Under the pieces are notes generated by a model. That model worked only from the letters and a program-made list of their open reading frames with translations, was not told where the DNA came from and did not search any database. The translations under genes and the position numbers were made by a program. 58,173 nucleotides of DNA, taken from Octopus bimaculoides. Lineage: Eukaryota. Shown one piece after another: positions 1 through 10,736 of the stretch. How positions within the stretch are numbered: position 1 is the stretch's first letter; every line of letters begins with the position of its first letter. The stretch covers positions 156,714,406-156,772,578 of the forward strand of contig NC_068981.1 in NCBI RefSeq assembly GCF_001194135.2. The letters run 5' to 3'.

Positions 1-173
1 TATATATATATATATATTTGACCGAAGTTTACAAGTCTGTAAGGAAAGTATAAACCGATTTAATCAATTCCTTCTTATTATCTATTCCATTGAGATTTAA
101 ACAATATTCAGTGTCGAAACTAAATCTTTCAAAACATTTAATTAGCTCTACTCTGTACCATACCTGTCATTCA

Positions 174-405
174 AACCCTTCTCATATATTGTTTTCAAAT
201 TTTGGCACAAGGCCGGCAATCTCCGGGTAGGGGGTAAATCGATTATATCGACCACAATGATCTACTGGAACTTATTTTATCGATCCCGAAAGGATGAAAG
301 GCAAAGACGACTTTGGCCGAATTTGAACTCAAAGCGTAAAGGCGGATGAAATATAGTTAAGCTTTTCGCCTGTTGTGGCGACCATTCTGTCAGCTTGCCG
401 TCTTA
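174..405 (-). mobile_element. tRNA-derived SINE, family A
   Basis: Reverse complement of the recurring GGCGAGCTGGCAGAATCGTTAGCACGCCGGGC...GAGTTCAAATTCC...TTTCATCCTTTCGGGGTCGAT element. A plus-strand 3' fragment follows at about 410-520. Confidence 0.8.
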
Positions 406-618
406 AACTACTCTCGATAAAATGAGTACCAGCTGAGCACTAGAGTCGATGCAATCGGCTTACCCACTCCCTCGAAATTGTAGGTCATGTATGAAAAGGT
501 AGATTAAAACATAGATATAACTCTCAAGTCTATGCGTGTCATTTAGGTCACGCTAAAAATATATTTCTAAAACCAGTCGATAAATTATAATTGATATATT
601 TTTCTCAATTTTTTACAG

Positions 619-658
619 AAGGACGAGTCTTTCGTTTATTTCAGTGTTCGTTCATACT
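619..658 (+). CDS. TEP: TEP exon 1 in window (KDESFVYFSVRSY; end of MG2)
   Basis: ttacag acceptor and gtaagt donor. Joins the next exon to give YFSVRSYSLPKFEV, matching the family motif FxVxEYVLPKFEV. Confidence 0.8.
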
Positions 659-710
659 GTAAGTAGTAATTTAAAAATTTTTTAATTGATAATAATTTAA
701 TTTCAAAATA

Positions 711-790
711 AGGTGGCGAGCTGCCAGATTTGTTAGCACGCCGGGCAAAATGTTTAGCGGCATTTCGTACATCTTTACGTTCTGAGTTTG
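711..790 (+). mobile_element. SINE family A, 5' fragment
   Basis: GGCGAGCTGCCAGATTTGTTAGCACGCCGGGC...GTTCTGAGTT. Confidence 0.75.
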
Positions 791-856
791 TATGTATGTA
801 TTTGCCAATTGATTTCGTTTTACATTCTCACGTTCTCATCTTCTGTTTCCATTTAG

Positions 857-965
857 CATTACCGAAATTTGAAGTGAATGTCGATGCTACTCATCATTTA
901 GTCGACTTCAGTATGGGATATCTTTATTTGTTGCAAGACACTTTCAACGTCAACGTTACAGCACA
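857..965 (+). CDS. TEP: TEP exon 2 (LPKFEVNVDATHH...NVNVTAQ)
   Basis: tttag/gtaag boundaries; LPKFEV motif; phases 1 and 2 match neighbours. Confidence 0.92.
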
Positions 966-1084
966 GTAAGTTATCCGTTTATAAAATTGAGTGATATGAA
1001 TAACTTTTTCTTCTGGTTCATGTCATTAAATCCAAATACATTGCGCATGTAGCTAGATAAATATAATCGTTTACATGTTTTAGT

Positions 1085-1260
1085 CATTAGACTGCGGCCA
1101 TGCTGGGACACCGCCTTGAAAAACTTTAGTCGAGCTATCTGACCTCAGTACTTATTATCTTTTAAGCTTGGTAATTATTATATTGGTTTCTTTTGCCACT
1201 GAGATACGGAAACGTAAACGCACAAACACCGGTCACCAAGCGCTGGTGAGGCACAGACAT
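1085..1260 (-). mobile_element. SINE family B, 3' part (degenerate)
   Basis: Reverse complement of GGCGGTGCTCCAGCATGGCCGCAGTC seen in full copies at 44939 and 55035. Confidence 0.7.
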
Positions 1261-1379
1261 AACTACTAACGCACACGCGCACAAACAGACATACACACAC
1301 ATACGCAGGTACACACACACCATCACACACACCATTTAAAGTTAAGAGTTTCACTTCATTCTATGATTCTGCTATATTT

Positions 1380-1935
1380 TCCCCAACATCCATTATGTTG
1401 GACTTCCTCCAGAACTCTCTAACTATAGGCTTATCCTTTCTGTCAATTGCTTTCAGTAGTTGTTTGAAAATTCTCAGATAATATGCCTTGAAGTTAGCTG
1501 GCACACTTCGATTCATTGGCTGGAAAAATTAAGCTGTATTCTGGAGGAAAATATTCTAATCTCACATAATCAAAAAGCTCATTTAGGTCTATTGGGTGGC
1601 ATGGTATGTTGTCTAAAAGGAGCAATGCTTTGTTAAGAATATTCTGTTTTGCGCTGCACCTTTCTACAGCATGACAAAAAATATTTGTAAACCACTCTTT
1701 GAAAAATCTCTTTGTCATCCATGCCTTCTTATTTGTAAACCAAATCAGTGATAAATTAAACTTTACATAATCCTTGATAGCCCGTGGATTTTCAGAGAGA
1801 TACGCATGTAGAAACCAAGGGCAAGGCGTTTCTATACTGAATAAGTGCCAGACGAATTTTGGGAGCTTTAAATCTTGGTATTGACTTTTGCTCTGGAGAA
1901 ATAAAAGTTCTGAGATTCTATATCTATCGTTCACG
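1380..1935 (-). mobile_element. Tigger/pogo-like DDE_1 transposase relic
   Basis: ORF 1494-1934: W.TNKKAWMT..FF.EWF...F...V......KALLLLDN.PCHP, the DDE_1 signature; frameshifted downstream. Confidence 0.85.
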
Positions 1936-1967
1936 GAGGAATTGCTGCTGTCTCGAGCAGCGGGCCG

Positions 1968-2014
1968 TTGCCGTTAACAAGGTCAAGTAAGGCCGAAATC
2001 ACGTGATCTGGCAG
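1968..2014 (+). ncRNA. Decayed type I hammerhead ribozyme relic
   Basis: Stem I UUGCCG/UGGCAG, stem II GGUC/GGCC, GAAA, palindromic stem III AUCACGUGAU and AUC triplet are all present. The CUGANGA core reads UUAACAA. Confidence 0.5.
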
Positions 2015-2410
2015 CTCCAGCGGCGGTAGCGGACGATTATCTTCGGCTGGCAATATAAACACGAATTCTTATACGCAGTGGAAGTCCATATGAGTTCTCT
2101 CATAGTAAATAACGCAGTATTCTGTGATCAAACAAATCTACTTTTAAGTATGGATACATATTATCTTTTGGTATTAATACCGCCTCTGTCGTTATTAATA
2201 TATATATTAATACTTTGCATGCACCACGTCCTCGCGTTGTTGTTTTTACTTGTGTTTGTTCTTCGTTTTTTTTTGGGGGGGGATTTCCTATATATGTATA
2301 TATATATATATATGTGCACATATACATACTTACGTATATACGTACATACGTATGCGGGTGTTTGTGTGTTTGTGCGTGTGTCATTTTCATAGCATTTTTT
2401 TCGATGCCCC

Positions 2411-2471
2411 GATAACTGAAGAGATGCCGGCGTAGGTTTCCACCCCGACATCCGAAACTTGGAGTTTTATC
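2411..2471 (+). ncRNA. Type I hammerhead ribozyme candidate with intact core
   Basis: Stem I GAUAA/UUAUC; core CUGAAGA; stem II GAUG-C-CGG/CCG-A-CAUC; GAAA; stem III ACU/AGU; GUU cleavage triplet. Confidence 0.7.
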
Positions 2472-2774
2472 ATGGCTACCGAATAATTGTCACATATTAT
2501 ACTTACAGATAAATTCCTCTATTTACATAATATCGAGGTCTCTTCCATTCTTTTGCTGTCTTGCCATTTCTATCAATAAATAAATAAATAAATAAATAAA
2601 TAAATATATATATATATATTAAGCTATATATATGTATATATTAAGCTATATCTGTACATTCACATGTATGTGTGTGTGTGTGTGTGTGCGCGAGCGCGCG
2701 TTCTGTTCATATTATATGTACTATATTCATGTATAAATATATAATTTTATGATTTTATTCAAACTATTCAACAG

Positions 2775-2865
2775 ATACACCTTTGGAAAACCTGTGACTG
2801 GTAGATTGGAGTTAAATATTAGTTTGGGACATCGAAACGAACATACAATTTCCAAAGTTATGAAT
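2775..2865 (+). CDS. TEP: TEP exon 3 (YTFGKPVTGRLELNISL...KVMN)
   Basis: aacag/gtaagt boundaries; conserved YT(Y/F)GKPV motif. Confidence 0.93.
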
Positions 2866-3640
2866 GTAAGTATGAGAGTTTTATTAAGAATGAATACTAT
2901 TAAGAAAGTATAATAATTTTCTATAGACAAATTTTTGCATTATTTAGTATATTATGGAATTCTTCAAGTAATTATTTCAAGATGTTTTGTTAATCCAGTA
3001 CTTGAAACAAATGAAATAATTTAGTGTTTAAACTATATATCCTTTCTGTATATTTGATGTAGCTTCTCATGCGTAGATGACTACTTCTTTCTGAAATATG
3101 TGATATTTTATCTATACTAGAGATCATTATTAAGAGGTGTTGATAGTGTTGTAAGGATGAACTGATAAGGACCGACCGATAAAACTGACCTATATGCGTT
3201 GTAGTATAAACCTAAGCCTTCTTTACATTCTGAGTTTTTCATCCTAATCTTTTCCAGTTATTATTGTTAAATTTATAACGTTTTGTATATTTTAGTTATC
3301 CATCTTTTATGTTTGTCACTATTTCAAATGGAATAAAATATTTTTATTCTTTAATCAAAGAAAGAAGGGCAGCGTCTATAAATCCTTTTTCTAAAGCTTC
3401 CCGAAAAAATATCCTTAAACCAGAGATTTGGCCTGAATACTTATAAAAGAGTGAATTCTGTTAAAAGAACCCCAAATCCAGGTGATGTTGTTAATCCAGA
3501 CGACGAATTAAGTCTGACACTCTATTGCAAATTCTAGAGTCAAAATGTGTAATTTCAATGTTTAAACATTTTCTTGCTTTTTGATAACATACACGTCATT
3601 AAAGACAATATATTAATTTATTATTCATTTCATTTTATAG

Positions 3641-3889
3641 ATCACTGGTTTTGTGAGTGTGAATATCCCATTTCGGCAATTGCTTGAATCAAATGACACT
3701 ATTCATGTCCCTCAGTATAGGTCTTACTGTAATATCCCTAATATTGTAATAAAGGCAGAAGTCACTGAGGATTTAACGCAAAAAACAATGATGGCACCGG
3801 AAACTTCTATCAAGGTTGAGTCTGCACCCATCAGAATCTCTCATTCGACAAACCGCAATTTAAAATATGGTTTGCCAAATTATTCAGAT
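3641..3889 (+). CDS. TEP: TEP exon 4 (ITGFVSVNIPF...AEVTEDLTQ...KYGLPNYSD)
   Basis: tatag/gtaagt boundaries; 83 open codons; A.V.E.LT and KxGLP motifs of MG3/MG4. Confidence 0.9.
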
Positions 3890-4289
3890 GTAAGTACACT
3901 ACAAGGATTGACAATTTGCTTTAAATATTTTTAACGCGCTATACACACCAAATGATCTATCTAATCCATATATTACTATATTGTTTTAAAAAAATCAACA
4001 TATGAAAGCAAATTGAAAGTAAAAGTTTAAAAATAACATTGTATGAATATCAAGTGAGAATGCGCAAGCAAATCTATGGCTTTTTTATATTCAGCGCGGA
4101 ATCAAATGCTTTCAGAGGAACTTAATATTAAGAAAATAATATTCAAATTAGTTTAGAAATTAGTTGATCCAATAAAAAATTAGACACTCGCAGACATTGT
4201 GCGAAAGGATTGAGAAATTTCGTAGGATTTTAGAAGAAAACCTTTAAGATGGTTCGAACACTTTGGTAAGTTAATAATTCCATACCCCA

Positions 4290-5900
4290 TGGCGAATTCT
4301 CTCTCCTCTTTTGATATATTCGAAGACTTCGCTATAACTTAGACCATCTCTTAAATGTAAAATACACCTATTTCTCCCAAAGACGCACAAACCCTATCGG
4401 CAACCCATCTCCGCTACCCAGAATATATAATATCTTCTCAACTTTCACTCCAAAGCTTAGCGTCTGAGCATACACAGATTCTGGTCTTCTTGTCTTTCAA
4501 TTCTCTCACCTGTATTTTGGCAATATTAACCTTCAGTCACTCTCCGAACTTCTCAAACCGCCAGTAATTCTTGACCATATCTCTTCCTGCATTTTACGAA
4601 TCCATCGTAACTTCAACGCTCACAGCTGCACGTTGTTCTCATACTCCTACTTCACCGATGCTGCTGATGCTGAAGCTGAGTCTTTTACTATTATCAACAC
4701 TTTACACTAATTTGTTTCACTTTCTACTGGAGTTCCAGACCCTAAATCCAACAACTTTCATCGAAGGCCCGATGGCACTTCAGGTCAGCTAACTGGCCGG
4801 AATCCTGTCAGTTTTAGCCACTTACTCTGACAGCGCACGTGCTTCATTCCTGACTGAAACCATACCCCGTCACATCCCACATACAACAACATCTTGATGT
4901 CCGAAATCCCCATAATAGTTTGCTTGTAGCTGTATTGCAGTTGTTTGGGTAAAAAGCAAGCAAGGTTTACAACGCTCGCAAAATTCATAAGATCAATATC
5001 GGGTGTTGTTTTTCCATCATACACTCCACGAGCTAAACCGTCTCCTGATCTGCCGCTGAACATTTTTGTTCCTTGCCAAAAGAATCTCCACGAACTTGCA
5101 GAGTCCTCTTTTTCTCCCTTTCCAAACAATGAACCCTCTCAAAGCAGCGACATCATCGAGAAAGCATCCACTACACACCTTTGGTCAAATCTACCGCCAT
5201 TCTACTCCACCAGCCCTCATTCCTTCTATTCACACGTCAAGTGTGGAAATAAACCCACTTATCAAAAAAAAACAAAACAAGGTCAATGTCATTTCTGTTG
5301 CACTCAAAGGTTGCTCCTTTACTCACCAAATTTTGTAATCCCTTATTCAGTATGAGGATTACCTACTCTGACATTTGGAAGCGCTTCAATAAGCTTCCGC
5401 TTTAGGGAAGTTCGATGAAAGCAATGTTGTTGCCCTAGATATCAGCAAAATCTTCGACCGTGTCTAGCGTGCAAATTTCCTTACAAAGCTTCACGGCTCG
5501 GGCTCCATCCATTTCGAGAAATGAGAAATGAATCGGTAGCTTCCTATCTAATCACTTTATTGTGGCATGTGTTTACATAGCTCTTAGTTCCTCATTCACA
5601 ATTAATTATAATGTCCCAGGGTTCATTTTCTTTTCTCACTCTCTTCTTTCACTACATCAATGACCTACTTGCTACTACATTCAAAATGCCTACACTTATG
5701 CAGAGACCCGGCCTTTCGTTCCTAGCTTTCTCTAACTTTACACTACACGCCAAACCTGCACTAATTCCAAAAACGAAAATCTTGAGATACCTATGGTAGA
5801 GCCAGGTCAACTTGTCTCATCTCACAGCCAAAGACCTCAATAGAGTACTGTTCTCACATCTGAGATTATACACACAGGTTTCCTGATTTCGTCTATAGAA
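4290..5900 (+). mobile_element. Highly degraded non-LTR (APE-RT, CR1/Jockey-like) LINE relic
   Basis: Fragmentary RT motifs VVALDISKIFDRV* near 5425-5470 and VPQGS-like near 5612; C-rich composition. Confidence 0.65.
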
Positions 5901-7059
5901 GAGTCACTCAAATAATGGTATTCAACCAATAACGGACACACTCTAGCCTCTATCTCACAAATGTGCTGTCTCCTCTCTTTGTCTTTTCTATTGCTACTAT
6001 AATGGTCTGTATTCCTCGGTACTGGCTGATATCAGCTTTACTCAGCTACCTCCACCCCACCCCCGATTCACTTTTGCTTCCACCTCTCGTCATTCTTTGT
6101 GCGTCCAAACCCCTTGATCCTCCGCACTATCTATTATTCCTGTCCCAGAATATCGGCCTTCTGGAATCTCCTGATTCATGTATTTCCTGCATTGTTGACT
6201 TACAACACCTTAAACGGAACATTATCGGCATCAAGCTTTCGGAAAATATTTTAAAGAATAACTGCGGATGCTTTTCTAAGAGCAAATTCAAACCAAAACT
6301 CATCTTACGGAAAATAAATCAGGACTTGATTAATTTTTAAATTTGGTGTTCTCAATTTCATCAGTTACAATTGTATTCTAACGACCATTTGCAAACTCCT
6401 GTAGAGCGCTCGAACATTTAGCGATCATTATTACCATTTTATTCTTATGATGTGACCATGAAGGTCTTGAAACATTGATAGACTAATAAATTTAGGACGG
6501 CTATTGCTCTAAAATCAGCAGAAAAATTAATACCGGAATACGAAAAAAATCTACAATAAAAAGTTAATACACACGCGTGCGCACACACATAGAAGTTTGA
6601 ATTATTATTATTACGTTCTCTTTTTGCGCTGATATGCTTGGACGGATTGTCACAGACCGAGTCGTCTCCTATTGGTGAATGTTGAATCCTCGTACGTGTT
6701 CTTTAACGCTCATACGTATTCTCTTGACTTACTTTCTACGCTGGAGGCTCTTCATATCACTAACGACTCTACAGAGTGTAGTAGTAAGAGAGATTTACTC
6801 GAGAAAAGAAATTATAAAGGTATGCGGATGGCCCAATACAGTCTCTTGTACATCGACCTATAGAAAGCATGACAGAGGACCAGTGTTGTCTCTTATACAT
6901 AGGCCTAGTGAAGGAACGAAGATAAATTGATGGGGGAGTGAGTAAGGGGATGATGGGGCGTCAAATGATTCAAAGATTATAAGGGGGCCAGCAAAATATA
7001 TGTTGTATGTTTGATAGAGTACAAAGTATTTCAGCCACTGAACACTATCCTGGTGTCAG

Positions 7060-7450
7060 TTATATTCAGCCGTAGGTGGTTGGATTTTCTGTAGTGCCAA
7101 TCCGCATAGTTTTTAGCAGCTGTCGTCCAACTTACTCATCACATGCCCATACCAGCGCGGCCTTCTCGCTTGCACCTGGCTCTTCTTACGCTCAGCTTTT
7201 GTTTCTCAGCTCATTTGCATTCCGGTGTTCATGCACTCTGACATCACACAACCATCAGAGAATGCTAGTTTAATTTCTTTCTTACCTTCGCAAATCTTCT
7301 ACATTTAAGGCCAACATCTCTCTGCCATACAGTATCTCTGTTCTCACACGAGTTTCATACAATCTGTTCTATTTCCAACGGTGTTAATAACCTTTCCAAC
7401 CCGTTCTTACCGTGGCTACTTTCTGAATACACCCAAGTAAAGCCGAACGA
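7060..7450 (-). mobile_element. RTE-clade LINE 3' RT fragment (degraded)
   Basis: Minus-strand fragments ILYGREMLALNVEDL and WLCDVRVH resemble the RTE LLYGSETWAL/MLRWMC region. Confidence 0.6.
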
Positions 7451-7616
7451 TTACGAAGTCCGCTTTGCAATTATGAGGTCCTGCATCCAGCCCAATGGTT
7501 CATCCTCTTGGGAGTGTGAATAACAAATTTGTAAAGAACAAAAAAAAAAATGATGTTTTTTGTCAAAGATAATCCTTTCTGCCGTCCACTCTATGATATA
7601 TCTTTATTTGTTTCAG

Positions 7617-7787
7617 GTTACAGTAAAACGTGCTGATGACAAACCTCTAACAGAAAATGACCGTATTTATCCTTTGAAAATTAAATTTTCTGAGAACGAT
7701 ACCAAAGAATTCGATATTCCAATCGATGGAAAAGTTCGTGTGCATGTTGACGTCCCGGAGAAACAGAATATGAATATGCGAATGGAA
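7617..7787 (+). CDS. TEP: TEP exon 5 (VTVKRADDKPL...NMRME)
   Basis: ttcag/gtaagg boundaries; 57 codons, phase 0-0; V.V.R.D.KP motif. Confidence 0.9.
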
Positions 7788-8094
7788 GTAAGGAATTTTT
7801 ATGATATTCGTGATAAGGAAACTAAAATTTGATAAGATTTATTTTTTTTACACAGAACAGTTAAATATCTGCAACTACATTCGTTTGTTGTCTGTAAATG
7901 GTACCAGATGTTTTTGGAATGTTAGCTCTCTGTGTTAGACATTCGTAATTATCAGCATAGTAATCTGTTTCTCATCCTTCTTACTTCACAAAGATATATG
8001 GATGAACGTTTAGCACTGTGTATTAAACTGGAGTAAAATACATATTATACAGTAAATATTTTGAAATATTGCATTACACAATATGTTAAGGACG

Positions 8095-8300
8095 TTGACG
8101 TTTAGCTCCAGGTTATTACTGACCAGGCAGGCCGATGATCAAATTCATTCGAGCCATAACAATCCTGTCGTTCATTTAGGCATTGTATATCAACGACAAT
8201 GTTATTCATTGTGTCCCATTTGAAGTAGCTTGAGTGTAATTTGAGGAGTATTTAGCTGCTGTTCCTAGCAGGTCGAGCGATCACACAAAGGTTTCCTGTT
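8095..8300 (+). repeat. Old degenerate interspersed repeat family C (further copies near 8860-9070, 12950-13120, 25670-25850, 45575-45740, 51350-51490, 53030-53130)
   Basis: Shared motifs ...CCTGATCAA.CAG...ATGATCAAAGGCATTCCAGCCATGACCATC...GTGTGATTTGAGGGAGATTTGGCTGCTATTTCTAGCAGGTCGAGCGACC recur across the window. Confidence 0.65.
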
Positions 8301-9464
8301 CTCGTGGAAGATAGTTTTGATACAATCTAATATCATTCTGCTATTCTGCTTGTAACGACATGCTTTTGAGTGCTACGCTTTGAACAGCCTTAACTGTAGA
8401 ACGAAGCCTATGACAAAAACTTTTAACAAAATAATGACGCATGCTCTAGCATTCAGTTTTAAGTACCCTTCAATATGGAACAATATCAGAAACATAATTT
8501 TAACTTTTAACATTAAACGTATAATTTTATGCATTAAAATAAGGACATTTATAAACGTTCTTATTTATATATAAAACAAGAACATTTATAAAACATGAAA
8601 TCTCCACAGGTCTTCATAGAATATAATAAATGCGACATATATTGTTGATTATAGTTACGTTGTATATTAAATATGGACGGGTAGTCCACAATATGTGTGA
8701 CATGTTATGCATACAGTTTAATATCTACGACGTGTATTGATATTATACAAAATGATGGCAGTAATGTATATACATCAGTATATGAAAGCGTTGTACAATG
8801 AAATAGACGGTGGAAAGGGTTGAAGTCTACATATGCAGATTAAATGACATGTGGTATTAGCTGTTGTTGTGTTCAGTAATCAAGTGAGCCCTGATTGAAC
8901 AAAAATATGAACTTAGGGATTCCAGCCATGACCATCCCGTTTTATTAGGGATATCGAGGGTTTAAATATTTATAGTCACTTTCTTTATTAAAAGTGTGTG
9001 GTGGGATTTGAGAGTGATTTGGTTGCTGTGTTTAACAGGTTGAATTGCTAGCTAAAAGCACCCTCGTTTGACTTGTGGCAGTAGAGTCTTGTAACTGTTA
9101 AGGCTTTATGTCATATTTTGAGAGGTATCCAGAGCTACATTAACTAATGTATCATTTCTTTTTCGTAAAATGACGTGGTGCGATCTTTAGGAAATTTGGC
9201 CGCTATTTTTAGCAAGTAGAATAGTAATGGCTCCCTCATTGAATTGTGGTACAAGGTGCTGAAGTAATTAATAATATATATGTAGCACAGTAGTCGAACA
9301 GACACGACACACAAAATTGTGCTGACAGAACAGCAGATGGCTTACAGAAAATGATCATTAACAACGACATTAACAACAGCATTAACATTAAAAACACATC
9401 AAACAGATCCAAAACCAGTTAATTGATAATGATAACTCACAGGTTTGTTATCTATTTTCTTCAG

Positions 9465-9587
9465 ATTATTTACACAGGTCATCACAAAGGTAGAAACTTT
9501 GAAATAAAATCTACGCCATACCTTTCACGATATAGAGCTGTGAACAACACTAATATCGATGCAATGGTACCCCAGAAATATTATAAG
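9465..9587 (+). CDS. TEP: TEP exon 6 (IIYTGHHKG...VPQKYYK)
   Basis: ttcag/gtaaat boundaries; 41 codons, phase 0-0. Confidence 0.8.
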
Positions 9588-9634
9588 GTAAATATAATTT
9601 TTTGATCGACTTGAAAACACATACACACAGACAC

Positions 9635-9736
9635 ACACGCCCGCGCGTGTGTATGTACGTATGTATGTATGTATGTGTGTATGTATGCATGTATGTATGT
9701 ATGTATGTATGTATGTATGTATGTATGTATATATAT

Positions 9737-9797
<61 letters not shown>
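9635..9797. repeat. Compound microsatellite (TATG)n followed by (TA)n
   Basis: Seen directly; source of several spurious ORFs. Confidence 0.9.
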
Positions 9798-9801
<4 letters not shown>

Positions 9802-9882
9802 CATGTGGTGAGTTGTAATATATATAAGAAATTAAAAAAGGAAAATACACACACTTTACATAGTTGTAATATAATTTTTTAT

Positions 9883-9917
9883 ATATCGACCGGTTTCGCT
9901 TTTGCTATTCATGATAT
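9883..9917 (-). ncRNA. Decayed minimal hammerhead ribozyme (Penelope type)
   Basis: Minus strand reads AUAUC-AUGAAUA-GC AAAA GC-GAAAC CG GUC-GAUAU, with 2 substitutions in the CUGANGA core. Confidence 0.5.
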
Positions 9918-10673
9918 TATGGCTTACTTATTTGAATATGTATTTTCTTAAGAAGAAATTTTGTCCATGTTGTATGTGATGATATTTACGAGTGAATGGC
10001 GATAGTGGTGGTGGTGGTGGTGGTGGGGACTGGATAGTGAAAAGTGTATTTTTAAAAATTGAACAAAGTTTTTTAAATATAACTTATCACTTAACGCCTG
10101 CGCATAAGTAAATTCCGTGAAATATTCACGCTTATTTACGTGGCAGATATATGTAATTTAACTAAAGGTTGTATAATATGTACGGGATTTTTTTATGGGA
10201 AAAATGAAAAAATAAGTGTGATTATTTATTTTATAAGTGCTGTGTATTAAGTCTACAAAATTGTGCCTAAAGTATATAAAGTGTATATATAAAGCGCATT
10301 AACTAATCATCGTATTCCAATTTCTTTCACTTTTCAATGAGTAGCAGATGAGCGACTATCTTTTGATACAGACACAATACAGGATATGCTTTCAGATTTT
10401 TTGAATAAAGTTTTCAGAAATAACCCAATAGGTTAATCATTAATTCCGTGAAATATTCACGGGTTCCACTAGTGAATGATAAATTTGATTTTTTTCTCAT
10501 CAAACTGTTATCACGTAAGTCATTAAGCAAGTTCTTCCATATTTAATCAGCTACCAATGTATTTCAGTGAAAGAACGATTTAATTGAAGGTATTAAATAA
10601 AAAAATTGTGCTTGAATCCGTTTAATATCAAATTGTATTTTTAAGCTATATTTTTTATATCTTTCATTGAAAG

Positions 10674-10736
10674 GTTGGTGAAGAGGTCCATATAACAGTA
10701 AACAGTTCACGCCCAATATCATCAGCTGCATTTTTA
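10674..10736 (+). CDS. TEP: TEP exon 7 (VGEEVHITVNSSRPISSAAFL)
   Basis: aag/gtacgt boundaries; 21 codons; typical VGxxVxxxVxSxxP start of MG5. Too short for the ORF track. Confidence 0.85.
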
